Assembly: GCA_964571765.1 (NCBI GenBank)
Contig: CAZNDH010000008.1
Span: forward strand, 141-64,140
Length of the DNA: 64,000 nucleotides
Source: an uncultured Acidimicrobiaceae bacterium
GTDB taxonomy: Bacteria > Actinomycetota > Acidimicrobiia > Spongiisociales > ZC4RG35
Direction of reading: 5' to 3'
In this document: positions 1-8,743 of the stretch, piece after piece
How positions within the stretch are numbered: position 1 is the first letter of the stretch
Layout of the letters: the number at the start of each line of letters is the position of its first letter
The notes under the pieces: generated by a model
The model's input: only the letters and a program-made list of their open reading frames with translations
The model's database searches: none
Told to the model about the DNA's origin: nothing
Made by a program: the position numbers and the translations under genes

Positions 1-3000
1 TCTGGCCTCGACCTTCTCCACCACCTCGACCCGGGCGACCACCTTCCCGACTCCGCCGTTGGGTGAGTCGACGAAGTCGGCTGCCCGCTGCAGCACTTCG
101 ATGTCGCCCTCGGCGGCGGCGTCGGTCAGGTCGAGCTGGATGCCGGCCTCCACAGCGAGACCTTTGGGCGGTTCGGCTAGCTCACCGTCACGCACAGGCG
201 GGACCTGAGCCAGTTCGTCTCGCTCCAGGTACTCCACTCCGAGGGCCCGGAACACATAGTCGATGATCGAGTTGGCCATCTTGATGTTCTGATGCCCTTC
301 GACCATGCCCCGGGGCTCGAAGGTCTGGAAGGTGAAGGTGTCGACGTACTCGTCCAAGGGCACCCCGTACTGGAGTCCCTTCGACACCGCGATGGCGAAG
401 CAGGAGAGGATCCCTTTGAGGGTGGCGCCCTCCTTGGCCAGGTCGATGAATATCTCGCCGAGGGTCCCGTCGTCGTACTCGCCGGTGCGCAGGTACACCT
501 TGTGACCACCGACCCGGGCCTCCTGGTTGAAGCCGGAGCGTCGCGCCGGGAGGAGGAATCTGGGCGGCTGCAGACCCTGGGCATAGGCTTGAGTCGGAGA
601 GAGCCCCTTGGGCAGGTTGCCCCAATGGATCGCTTTCTCCGCCTCGACCGCAGCAGTCACCGCGGCTTCCTCGTCTTCGCTCTCCTCACCCTCGTCCGAG
701 GTGGAGTTGAGTGGTTGGGCCGCCTTGGAGCCGTCCCGGTAGATGGCCATCGCCTTCAAGCCCAGCTCCCAGGAGACCCGGTAGGCCTCCTCGATGTCCT
801 CCACCGTGATCTCGTTGGGCATGTTGATCGTGTTGTGATTCACGATTCCGTTACCCAGGAAGGCGTGGGTGTCGGGGACCGAAATGTCGAAGACCTCCTG
901 GTGTCCAGCGTCCGAGACCTCGATCACCGGACTGAAGTGGAGGTCATCAATGAGGACCTCCACCAGCCATTCGGGCAGCTCGACACCTGGCACCATGGCG
1001 ACCCGCTCCAGCGTGCGACGACTCACATGTACTGTCCTCGGGTCGTTGAGGAATGAGAAGCGGAGGCGTTCGCTGTGACCGCCCTGATCGAGTCGATCGA
1101 GCGGCATCATCCGATACAGCTCGGGTCCGGTTATCCCGGGGACGACATCGGCAGTCGATTGTGAGAAGTCCCTCTCGAAGAGCGTTTCGGCACGTGCTGC
1201 CTTGTCGGCCTCGACGAAACGAACGAGCCGCGCCAACCGTTGGGCCGCAGCACCGGCGGCGTACACCTCGTGGTATGTGCGTCCCGATACCTTGTTCGGC
1301 TTCGCACTACGACCATGGACCACGCCCAGGTTGGTCAGGACCGCCTGCAGATCGTCAGTCAAACCCTTCGAGGCGACGGTGATCCCCATCTTCGCCGAGC
1401 CTGACAGGGTGACGTACCCATCGAGGAACACACCCGACAGGAACTCGAGGATCATGTGCCGGGGCGAACGGAGGACCGCGTCGGGTATGCGCTTCTCCAG
1501 AGCGGTGTGACCCACCCCGAGATAATCGAGGAATTCCACGATGGTCTTCGAGGACACTTGCACACCTGGGCATCGGTCGCGGTGGCGTCGGATCGGTGCC
1601 TCGACACCGAACAACTGAGCCCAGCTCCGGGAAACGCGTTGGAGGACGCCCTCGTCGGAGTTGGTCACGGTGACGGTCCAGTTGGTTCTGGTCATGTGGC
1701 CCTCGGCAACGATGGCCCCCAACAGGAACGCCAACTCCGCGGTCATCTCTGCCGGAATGCTCACCTTCTTCTGCCCCCCGTATGACGCAGTGGGAGTGAA
1801 GTCATCGAAACGGGCTGGCAGCGCCGACCACATGTCGGCTCCATACCGCGTGGCCGCGTACTCGCCGGGCCGGATCTCCGACAGTGTCCGCCATTCGAGA
1901 CCACCGGGGACCGAGACCAGGAGTCGGTGGTTCGGAGTTCCTATGACCTCGTGGCCGGAACGCAGCTCGACCCTTCTGACCTGGCGCACTCCTCCGTAGT
2001 AGAAGGCGTCGGTCTTGCGACTGCCGTTGCGGGAGGCAACCTCCATGACGTGGTCACGGAACGAATCGGGAGCCTCGTCTCGATGCAGGGACCCAATGCG
2101 GACCAGGCCATCCTCTGTGGTGATCAGCGTTTCACCGATGACGCACTTCGAGATCGCCCCCGAGATGAAGGGTTGGGCGGCGGCCATCATCAGGATGTGC
2201 CCGTTGTGGTGGATGAACCGCTCCCCGTACTTCCCGTTGCGGTTGGCGGTGTCGAACACCGGGAGGTGCTCCTCCCTGACGTGAGGGGCGCCCTCGATGG
2301 TCTGGCGGCCGCAGATGTGATCGTTGGCCTCGCTGATCTGCGCCGAGGTGAACCCGAGCGCCTTGAGCAGGTTGAAGTCCCAGGAGGTGTACTCGTCGGC
2401 GGTGAACCCGATCCGCTGCAACGTCTCCTCGCCGAAGGTGAACACGTTGAAGGCGTGCTTCAACTCGAACACCGAAGGCAGGGTCTTGGCCAGCCTCTCC
2501 AGATCCTCGTCGACGAAGCCCTTGTCCAGGAGGGATTCCCGGTTGACATGAGGGGCGCCGTCGATCGAGCTGGTCCCGACGATGTACTCGACTATCTCGC
2601 CGATCTGGTCGGCGTCGTAGCCGAGGTGGCGCAAGGCCGGGGTCACCGACTGGTTGACGATCTTGAAGTAGCCGCCGCCGGCCAGCTTCTTGAACTTGAC
2701 CAGGGCGAAGTCCGGCTCCACTCCGGTGGTGTCACAGTCCATCAGAAGGCCGATGGTTCCCGTAGGCGCAATGACCGTCGCCTGGGCGTTGCGGTAACCG
2801 TTGGCCTCGCCCAACTCGATTGCCTGATCCCAGGATGATCGGGCGGCGTCGAGCAGGTCGTCGGGACAGAGGTCGGGGTTGATGCCCACCACCACATGGC
2901 TGACACCCTCGTAGGAAGGCTCGTCGTATGCGGCGCGGCGGTGGTTGCGGATCACCCGGAGCATCGACTCCCGGTTCTCCCCGAATCGGGGGAAGGGGCC

Positions 3001-4545
3001 GACCACACCCGCCATCTCCGCCGAGGTGGCATAGGCCAATCCGGTGAGGATCGAGGTGAGGGCACCGGCGATCGCCCGCCCCTCTTCGGAGTCGTAGGCG
3101 ATCCCCTGGCGCATCAAGAGCGAGCCGAGGTTGGCGTACCCCAGACCCAGGGTCCGGTAGTCGTAGGAGCCCTGGGCGATCTCCGGGGAGGGGAAGTGGG
3201 CCATCGCCACCGAGATCTCGAGGACGATCGTCCAGAGTCGGATGGCGTGTTGGTAGCCCTCGATGTCGAACACCCCGGTGGAGTCGTCGTAGAACCGGAC
3301 CAGGTTGATCGAGGCCAGGTTGCAGGCGGTATCGTCGAGGAAGAGATACTCGGAGCACGGGTTGCTCGCCCGGATCCGCCCGCCGGCCGGGCTGGTGTGC
3401 CACTCGTTGATGGTGGTGTCGAACTGGAGGCCGGGGTCGGCACAGGCCCATGCGGCGTCGGCGATCCGCTTCCACAGGTCACGTGCCTTGACCGTCTTGC
3501 GCACCGCACCATCGGTGCGGTTGGTCAGGTCCCAGTCGCCGTCGTCGAGCACCGTCTGGATGAAGTCGTTGCTCACCCTCACCGAGTTGTTCGAGTTCTG
3601 ACCGGAGACGGTGGCGTAGGCCTCCCCGTTGAAGTCGGCCGGATAGCCGCCGTGCTGGATGAGGACCCGTGCCTTCTCCTCCTCGACTTTCTTCCACTCG
3701 ATGAACTTCTCGATGTCGGGATGGTCGACGTCGAGAATCACCATCTTGGCGGCGCGACGGGTCGTGCCCCCCGACTTGATCGCGCCGGCGGCCCGGTCAC
3801 CGATCTTGAGGAACGACATCACCCCCGACGACTTGCCCCCACCGGAGAGACGCTCGTTCTCTGAACGGATCATCGAGAAGTTGGACCCGGCTCCGGAGCC
3901 GAACTTGAAGATCCTCGCCTCGCGGACCCAGAGGTCCATGATCCCACCCGGATTGACCAAATCGTCGCGCGCAGACAGGATGAAACATGCATGGGGGGCG
4001 GGGCGGCTGTAGGAGTCGGGGGAGGCGGTCAGCTCATCGCCGGCACCGTCGACATACCAGAAGCCCTGAGCGGGACCTTCCAGCCCGTATGCCCAGTTGA
4101 GCCCGGTGTTGAACCACTGGGGGGAGTTCGGTGCCGCCATCTGGGCAGCGAGCATGTACTTGAGCTCGTCTTCGAAGGCCTCGGCATCCTCGGGAGAGGC
4201 GAAGTAGCCCTCCTTCTCGCCCCAGTGGCGCCAGGTGCCGGCGAGGCGGTCGAACACTTGCTTGGCGGAGCGCTCCGGGCCGAGCACCGGCTCAGCGGCC
4301 TCGTCGAACAGCTGGATGCCCTCCTCGTCGAACTGGGGGACACCCGCCTTGCGGAAATACTTCGACACCATGATGTCCGAGGCCACCTGACTCCATTGGG
4401 CAGGGATCTCCGCTCCGGTCATCTCGAAGACCACCGAGCCGTCGGGGTTGCTGATCCGGGAGTCCCGATAGGTCCACTCGAAGGTGTGGTAGGGGTCCTT
4501 GCCGACCTCGGTGAAGCGTCGGGTGATCCGCAAGCCTTCGCTCAT
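1..4545 (-). CDS. nrdJ: Class II (adenosylcobalamin-dependent) ribonucleotide reductase, intein-containing; 3' end lies beyond window start
   Basis: Not in the ORF track because the frame runs off the left edge. ATG is at 4545-4543, preceded by GAGGAGG (reverse complement of 4552-4558). I hand-translated long stretches of the minus frame: 4545-4441, 3840-3781, and continuously 2160-481 and 60-1. I met no stop in any of them. Sequence read includes MSEGLRITRRFTEVGKDPYHTFEWTYRDSRISNPD..., GGKSSGVMSFLKIGDRAAGA, GAISK|intein|TINMPNEITVEDIEEAY, RSGFNQEARVGGHKVYLRTG. These are typical NrdJ motifs. The region between 3780 and 2160 was read less rigorously. Confidence 0.9.
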   Translation of the reverse strand, partial: MSEGLRITRRFTEVGKDPYHTFEWTYRDSRISNPDGSVVFEMTGAEIPAQWSQVASDIMVSKYFRKAGVPQFDEEGIQLFDEAAEPVLGPERSAKQVFDRLAGTWRHWGEKEGYFASPEDAEAFEDELKYMLAAQMAAPNSPQWFNTGLNWAYGLEGPAQGFWYVDGAGDELTASPDSYSRPAPHACFILSARDDLVNPGGIMDLWVREARIFKFGSGAGSNFSMIRSENERLSGGGKSSGVMSFLKIGDRAAGAIKSGGTTRRAAKMVILDVDHPDIEKFIEWKKVEEEKARVLIQHGGYPADFNGEAYATVSGQNSNNSVRVSNDFIQTVLDDGDWDLTNRTDGAVRKTVKARDLWKRIADAAWACADPGLQFDTTINEWHTSPAGGRIRASNPCSEYLFLDDTACNLASINLVRFYDDSTGVFDIEGYQHAIRLWTIVLEISVAMAHFPSPEIAQGSYDYRTLGLGYANLGSLLMRQGIAYDSEEGRAIAGALTSILTGLAYATSAEMAGVVGPFPRFGENRESMLRVIRNHRRAAYDEPSYEGVSHVVVGINPDLCPDDLLDAARSSWDQAIELGEANGYRNAQATVIAPTGTIGLLMDCDTTGVEPDFALVKFKKLAGGGYFKIVNQSVTPALRHLGYDADQIGEIVEYIVGTSSIDGAPHVNRESLLDKGFVDEDLERLAKTLPSVFELKHAFNVFTFGEETLQRIGFTADEYTSWDFNLLKALGFTSAQISEANDHICGRQTIEGAPHVREEHLPVFDTANRNGKYGERFIHHNGHILMMAAAQPFISGAISKCVIGETLITTEDGLVRIGSLHRDEAPDSFRDHVMEVASRNGSRKTDAFYYGGVRQVRRVELRSGHEVIGTPNHRLLVSVPGGLEWRTLSEIRPGEYAATRYGADMWSALPARFDDFTPTASYGGQKKVSIPAEMTAELAFLLGAIVAEGHMTRTNWTVTVTNSDEGVLQRVSRSWAQLFGVEAPIRRHRDRCPGVQVSSKTIVEFLDYLGVGHTALEKRIPDAVLRSPRHMILEFLSGVFLDGYVTLSGSAKMGITVASKGLTDDLQAVLTNLGVVHGRSAKPNKVSGRTYHEVYAAGAAAQRLARLVRFVEADKAARAETLFERDFSQSTADVVPGITGPELYRMMPLDRLDQGGHSERLRFSFLNDPRTVHVSRRTLERVAMVPGVELPEWLVEVLIDDLHFSPVIEVSDAGHQEVFDISVPDTHAFLGNGIVNHNTINMPNEITVEDIEEAYRVSWELGLKAMAIYRDGSKAAQPLNSTSDEGEESEDEEAAVTAAVEAEKAIHWGNLPKGLSPTQAYAQGLQPPRFLLPARRSGFNQEARVGGHKVYLRTGEYDDGTLGEIFIDLAKEGATLKGILSCFAIAVSKGLQYGVPLDEYVDTFTFQTFEPRGMVEGHQNIKMANSIIDYVFRALGVEYLERDELAQVPPVRDGELAEPPKGLAVEAGIQLDLTDAAAEGDIEVLQRAADFVDSPNGGVGKVVARVEVVEKVEAR
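832..2145 (-). mobile_element. Intein (438 aa) with LAGLIDADG homing-endonuclease domain, inserted in nrdJ between ...GAISK and TINMPNE...
   Basis: Cys1 codon TGC is at 2145-2143 (CVIGETLITTEDGLVRIG). Block B reads GTPNHRL. Two LAGLIDADG motifs are present: LAFLLGAIVAEGH and ILEFLSGVFLDGY. The C-terminus reads DTHAFLGNGIVNHN (Asn codon 834-832), followed by the +1 Thr (ACG 831-829). The element is in frame with both exteins. Confidence 0.85.
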
Positions 4546-4618
4546 CTGTAGTGCCTCCTCGCACTCGTGCCCTGGCCGGGCCTTTGACTACTCAACAGAA
4601 CTCTGTTGACAAGTTTCA

Positions 4619-4665
4619 CCACAAGATGTAGTGGTGCGCGGGGAAGTGTCCACAACATCTGGTAT
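4619..4665 (-). promoter_or_regulatory. Two tandem NrdR-box-like 16-mers in the nrdJ leader
   Basis: Box 1 is 4619-4634, CCACAAGATGTAGTGG, embedded in the 20-bp inverted repeat CACCAC-N8-GTGGTG. Box 2 is 4650-4665, CCACAACATCTGGTAT. Against the published NrdR-box consensus acaCwAtATaTwGtgt I count 12/16 and 10/16 matches. Their centres are 31 bp apart, which is the usual tandem spacing. Confidence 0.5.
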
Positions 4666-4675
4666 GGACTTCAAC

Positions 4676-4704
4676 ACTGTAATTACACGCGTGTCACAGG
4701 TCAA
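4676..4704 (-). promoter_or_regulatory. Putative sigma70-type promoter of nrdJ
   Basis: The minus strand reads TTGACC (4704-4699), a 17-nt spacer, then TACAGT (4681-4676). It sits just upstream of the NrdR-like boxes. Confidence 0.35.
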
Positions 4705-4712
4705 GTACCCAG

Positions 4713-4721
4713 TTATCCACA
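4713..4721 (+). promoter_or_regulatory. Perfect DnaA box TTATCCACA upstream of the nrdJ promoter
   Basis: Exact 9-mer seen in sequence. A second near-match, GTGTCCACA, lies at 4646-4654 and overlaps NrdR-like box 2. Confidence 0.35.
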
Positions 4722-4869
4722 ACCTCTGAACAGCCGTTTGCGGGCGGGCGCCAGCCCAGGCGACGGGGAAGTCAGCGCTCAACAGGCCCGGGGGAAGTGC
4801 CCGAACCATAGAGCCCGAGGTCGGCCCCGACCAGCAGGGACCGACCTCAGATTTCGCGGTCTTCTCGGG

Positions 4870-5058
4870 TCAGGGACGTCGGTCCCGACCTACGGTGCCG
4901 ATGATGATGGCGACTCCGATCACCACCAGGACCAGGGGGCCGATCAACCGGAGGTCGACGAGCCGGATGGTCCACACCCCGAGGGCTTCGAGGAAGAAGA
5001 CCACCCCGATGATGATGAACACCACCCCGGCGAGAAGGGTTCCACGGTGAAGGTTCAT
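4870..5058 (-). CDS. Small hydrophobic membrane protein (62 aa)
   Basis: ORF track entry. Two predicted TM stretches (AGVVFIIIGVVFFLEALGVW, IGPLVLVVIGVAIIIG). The ATG at 5058 overlaps the upstream stop as ATGA. Confidence 0.5.
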   Translation of the reverse strand: MNLHRGTLLAGVVFIIIGVVFFLEALGVWTIRLVDLRLIGPLVLVVIGVAIIIGTVGRDRRP

Positions 5059-5699
5059 CTGCGCACCTCGATCTTTCCCGCCCCCACATTGATCTCGAGG
5101 GTGAGACTCTCCGATGCGGTATCGAAGTCAGGGTCGGTATAGCTCAATCGTGGCGACAGCCCGTCGGCGCGCTCACCGAGAAGGAGTATCTCGCCCGCCC
5201 CGACCGTGGCCTCGATCTTCACCGGCAGATCAGCGGGCGCGATGAGTTGGATCTCACCGGCGGCCACCCCCACCTTCACAACGACCGGCTCGGTTACCGT
5301 CAGGCCGCCCAGATCGAGCCGCACCTGTCCCAGAGCCACGCCATAGCTGGCTTCTAGATCGCTCTGCTGGGTGACGGTTATGTTCCGCTGTCCGATCCCT
5401 CCGGAGAACCCGACGGGGGTCAGGGCCACCACCAGGGTGGCGATGCTGAGAAACACCCCCAGGGTGATCAGACCGGGGTGACGCCCCCGGAAGGCGCCGG
5501 CCACCAGGGCGACACCCACTGCGGCCAGCGCCGCCGGCAAGACCAGGCGAGGGCTGAGGTCGAGCACGTCGGTGGCATCGAGGAGCCACAACACCCCGAG
5601 CACCACCAAGATGGTCCCGGCAACGATGGCGCCGTAGGGCCGACCCCACTCCTGGGGGACTTCCCTTTCCGGGCTGTCAGGAACTTCAGGCGCGGTCAC
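5055..5699 (-). CDS. LiaF-like cell-wall-stress membrane protein (N-terminal TM segments plus C-terminal beta-rich LiaF/DUF2154-like domain)
   Basis: The C-terminal repeats VVVKVGVAAGEIQLIAPADLPVKIEATVGAGEILLLG...LEINVGAGKIEVRR resemble the LiaF C-terminal domain. The start is uncertain: the track gives TTG at 5711, I prefer GTG at 5699. Confidence 0.6.
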   Translation of the reverse strand: MTAPEVPDSPEREVPQEWGRPYGAIVAGTILVVLGVLWLLDATDVLDLSPRLVLPAALAAVGVALVAGAFRGRHPGLITLGVFLSIATLVVALTPVGFSGGIGQRNITVTQQSDLEASYGVALGQVRLDLGGLTVTEPVVVKVGVAAGEIQLIAPADLPVKIEATVGAGEILLLGERADGLSPRLSYTDPDFDTASESLTLEINVGAGKIEVRR

Positions 5700-6108
5700 G
5701 ACGGCTCCCAAGGTAGATCAGCGCCACACCGGCGACGATGATCGCCGCCGGCCAGAACACTCGTCCCAGCCACGGCATGTACTGTCGGGCGAGGAGGAAC
5801 AAACCCATCCCGACCAGAAAGACGCCGGCGATCACCGAGCCCTCGGGGCCGATCGGGTTCCCGGCGCGGGCCGGATCTCCCGGCCTCTCCTCGGGGATGA
5901 CGATCCAGGCGACGATATAGATCAGGATCCCCGACCCGCCGGCCAGGGCGAGCACAACGAACCCCAGCCTGAACCACAGCGGATCGGTGCCGAAGTACTG
6001 GCCCAGGCCTCCAGAGACCCCGGCGATCATCCGGTCCGTGGCGCTTCGGGTCAGCCGGCCAGGCCCCGGTGACTCCTCGGGCGGGGGAGTCGGTTCGGTT
6101 TCGGACAT
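5686..6108 (-). CDS. PspC-domain membrane protein
   Basis: LTRSATDRMIAGVSGGLGQYFGTDPLWFRLGFVVLALAGGSGILIYIVAWIVIPE is a classic PspC domain. ATG at 6108 is preceded by GAGGAGG, so I prefer it to the track start at 6135. Confidence 0.8.
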   Translation of the reverse strand: MSETEPTPPPEESPGPGRLTRSATDRMIAGVSGGLGQYFGTDPLWFRLGFVVLALAGGSGILIYIVAWIVIPEERPGDPARAGNPIGPEGSVIAGVFLVGMGLFLLARQYMPWLGRVFWPAAIIVAGVALIYLGSRRDRA

Positions 6109-6193
6109 GTGTGCCTCCTCTGCTCCCCTGGGCAATCATTCTCGAAGACCGCACCGGGTGCAAGGGCCAGAAGTCCCACCCAGTTGGTTGGCG

Positions 6194-6694
6194 TCAGTCG
6201 ACGTCGACTCTGAGGTCGAGGCTCCCGTCGCGCCAGCGCGCTCTCACCCTCACCTCGGAGGTCTCGCCGACCAGCTCAACGCGCACCTCGGGAGGGCCCG
6301 GGTCGTCGACCGCCACGGCGAATCCCGGGTTGGGGACCGCCGACAGGTAGGTCACGCTTCCGGGAGCCACCCGGATGGTGACCGTCCCTCCGACGGTTGG
6401 AATCACCACGGTTTCGGGTCCATATCCTGGGTCCTCCGGGGCCACTACGGGCGGGGACGAGGTCACCGTTGGGTTGAGGGAAGTGGTGCCGTGGCTCGGC
6501 GTGGTGGTCGGCGAACTCGTCGAGGCAGGCTCGCCGGGCGCGGTCGAGGTGGGGAGGCCGGGAGCGGCCACGTCGAGGGGTGCTCCTGCCCGGATCCCGA
6601 TTCGGTCGTCGGCGGCGCCGACTATCTGCCAGGTGACCGTGGTCGCCACCAGGAGCGCGGCCAACCAGGCCGCCACTGATCGCCACCTCATCAT
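6194..6694 (-). CDS. Secreted or membrane-anchored protein with Ser/Thr/Pro-rich linker and C-terminal beta-rich domain (paralogue of 8744-9271)
   Basis: The N-terminus is MMRWRSVAAWLAALLVATTVTW. A PTSTAPGEPASTSSPTTTPSHGTTS linker follows. The C-terminal domain reads GGTVTIRVAPGSVTYLSAVPNPGFAVAVDD...VRVRARWRDGSLDLRVDVD. Confidence 0.55.
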   Translation of the reverse strand: MMRWRSVAAWLAALLVATTVTWQIVGAADDRIGIRAGAPLDVAAPGLPTSTAPGEPASTSSPTTTPSHGTTSLNPTVTSSPPVVAPEDPGYGPETVVIPTVGGTVTIRVAPGSVTYLSAVPNPGFAVAVDDPGPPEVRVELVGETSEVRVRARWRDGSLDLRVDVD

Positions 6695-6795
6695 GGTGCG
6701 ATCTTGCCCCGGCCGATGGCAAGCCACTCCCAAGGAAAGCTCAAGTAATCCTCAAGGCCGCTGGTGAGCTGCGTCTCCGCCGATAGGCTCCGGGG

Positions 6796-7479
6796 GTGGC
6801 GCGCATCGTCCTCATCGAAGACGACGTGGAGATCCGCAGGCTGGTAGCCGACGCCCTTGCCGGGGAAGGCCATGACGTGGAGAGCACCGATCGAGCCCTC
6901 CCCGGGTTGGAGCTGGCGGTCAAGGGGCGTCCCGACCTGGTGTTGATGGATCTGGGGCTCCCCGACATCGATGGGACCGAGTTGCTGCGGATGCTCCGGG
7001 CGGTGTCCGACGTACCCGTGGTGGTGATCACCGCTCGCGGTGGCGACGACGTTGTGGTCCGCACCCTCGACGCCGGTGCCGACGATTACCTGGTCAAGCC
7101 GTTCTCGGTGTCCCAGCTCGAGGCGAGGGTCCGGGCAGTTCTCCGTCGTGGGGCTGGTGGCGACATCCCCACGGTGCACCGGGTGGGCGGCCTCGAGGTC
7201 GACGTCGCCGCCCGGGAGGCCACGCTCGACGGGTCCCCGCTCGATCTCAGCCCCAAGGAATTCGACCTGCTCCGTGTCCTCGTCGAGCGGCGCGGGCAGG
7301 TTGTCACCAAGAGAGACCTGATGGCCGAGGTCTGGCGCGAGCCCTACGGCGGCGCCGAACGCACCATCGACGTCCATATCTCCTGGCTGAGGAAGAAGCT
7401 GGGGGAGAGCGCCCACAAGCCCAGATATCTGCAAACCGTCCACGGCGTCGGGGTGAAGCTCGTCGATCCCGCCAAGTGA
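6796..7479 (+). CDS. OmpR/PhoB-family response regulator
   Basis: Receiver motifs are present (IVLIEDD, DLVLMDLGLPDIDG, KPF). A winged-helix output domain is also present (LSPKEFDLLRVL..., YLQTVHGVGVKL). Confidence 0.9.
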   Translation: MARIVLIEDDVEIRRLVADALAGEGHDVESTDRALPGLELAVKGRPDLVLMDLGLPDIDGTELLRMLRAVSDVPVVVITARGGDDVVVRTLDAGADDYLVKPFSVSQLEARVRAVLRRGAGGDIPTVHRVGGLEVDVAAREATLDGSPLDLSPKEFDLLRVLVERRGQVVTKRDLMAEVWREPYGGAERTIDVHISWLRKKLGESAHKPRYLQTVHGVGVKLVDPAK

Positions 7480-8741
7480 GACGGAGCCTCGCCTTTCTCA
7501 GCCTGGCCATCACCACCCTGGTGGTGATCTCACTCCTCGTCCCTCTCGGGCTTCTGGTGCGTCGTCAGGCATTCGACCAGGCTCGGGTCGAGGCCGAGCG
7601 CGAGGCCCGCTCCACTGCTGCCCTGGTCGCCCTGGCCCTCAGCTTCGATGCCTCCACAGGGGCCATCGAAGGCGCAGTCGGCCCGTTGCCTCCGGGAGTG
7701 GTGGTGGTGGTCTCAGACGGGGATACCTTTGGTGACCCTCTGCCTGATCAGGGAACCCTGGTCGAGGGCTCGATGGGTCTCAAGGCGACGGTCACCGCCG
7801 TGGTCCCGGGGGGCTGGGAGATCGCTTTCCCGGTCATCGGTCGCGATCGGGTCGCGGTGGTCGACGTGTTCGTCACCGACGAGGAGCTCGGCGAGGGTGT
7901 CGTCGGGGCATGGCTGCTCCTCGGACTGCTCGGGCTGGTGCTGGTAGGTGTGGCAGTGTGGGTCGCCGACCGGCTGGGGAGGCGACTGGTGGCGCCGGTC
8001 CGGGAACTGGCCGATGCGGCCCATCGCCTCGGTGAAGGTGACCTCGAGGTCAGGGTGGCTGCCGCCGACCCCGAGGAGCTGCGTGAGGTGGCTTCCGCCT
8101 TCAACACCCTGGCGGCGCGTCTCGGCGGGCTCCTCGCCGCAGAGAGGGAGGTCGTGGCCGACATGTCTCACCGGCTCCGCACCCCGATCACCTCACTCCG
8201 GCTCCAGGCGGAGCGGGTGGCCGATCACGCCGACCGGGCCGACATCGTCGCCCAGGTCGATCGTCTCGAGGAGGCGGTCGACGCCCTCATCGTCGGCGCC
8301 CGTACCCGGGGAAGTGCCGTGGGGAGTTGCCATCTCGACGAGGTGGTGTCCCGGCGTGCCCGGTTCTGGGGGGTCCTCGCCGAGGAGCAGGATCGGACCA
8401 TGGGGCTGAGCACCGCCTCCGGCGACGCCGAGGTGGCCCTGGCCCCGGAGCAGGTGGAGGACATTGTCGATGCTCTGGTGGGCAATGTCTTCAGCCACAC
8501 CGCTTCGGGTACCGCCTTCGAGGTGGCCACCGGGGTGACCGGCGGGACCCCTTGGCTCCAGGTCGCCGACCGGGGCCCCGGGGTCGGCGACCTCAACCTG
8601 GTGCGGAGGGGCGCGAGCACCTCGGGGTCCACTGGTCTGGGTCTCGATATCGTCCGCCGCACCGCCGAGCTCAGCGGAGGGGGTGTCGAGGTCGGTGATC
8701 GCGCCGGTGGTGGCGCCGAGATCACCGTGTGGCTGGGCTGA
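7476..8741 (+). CDS. Sensor histidine kinase
   Basis: GTGA overlap with the regulator stop. Two TM segments, a HAMP-like region, an H-box (VADMSHRLRTPITSL) and a G-box (GSTGLGLDIV). Confidence 0.85.
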   Translation: MRRSLAFLSLAITTLVVISLLVPLGLLVRRQAFDQARVEAEREARSTAALVALALSFDASTGAIEGAVGPLPPGVVVVVSDGDTFGDPLPDQGTLVEGSMGLKATVTAVVPGGWEIAFPVIGRDRVAVVDVFVTDEELGEGVVGAWLLLGLLGLVLVGVAVWVADRLGRRLVAPVRELADAAHRLGEGDLEVRVAAADPEELREVASAFNTLAARLGGLLAAEREVVADMSHRLRTPITSLRLQAERVADHADRADIVAQVDRLEEAVDALIVGARTRGSAVGSCHLDEVVSRRARFWGVLAEEQDRTMGLSTASGDAEVALAPEQVEDIVDALVGNVFSHTASGTAFEVATGVTGGTPWLQVADRGPGVGDLNLVRRGASTSGSTGLGLDIVRRTAELSGGGVEVGDRAGGGAEITVWLG

Positions 8742-8743
8742 GG

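Noticed and set aside
292-4551. Plus-strand track ORFs 292-1056, 1927-2838, 2896-3864 and 3991-4551, plus many short ones across the first 4.5 kb.
   Set aside because: They lie antisense to the nrdJ/intein frame, which has clear family motifs, an SD and an ATG. Their translations are Arg/Gly/Pro/Val-rich with no motifs, typical of high-G+C shadow ORFs.
4817-4848. Hairpin GAGGTCGG-N16-CCGACCTC downstream of the 62-aa membrane gene, as an intrinsic terminator.
   Set aside because: No U-tract follows on the minus strand and the loop is large. It may still be a weak or factor-dependent terminator, but I cannot support the call.
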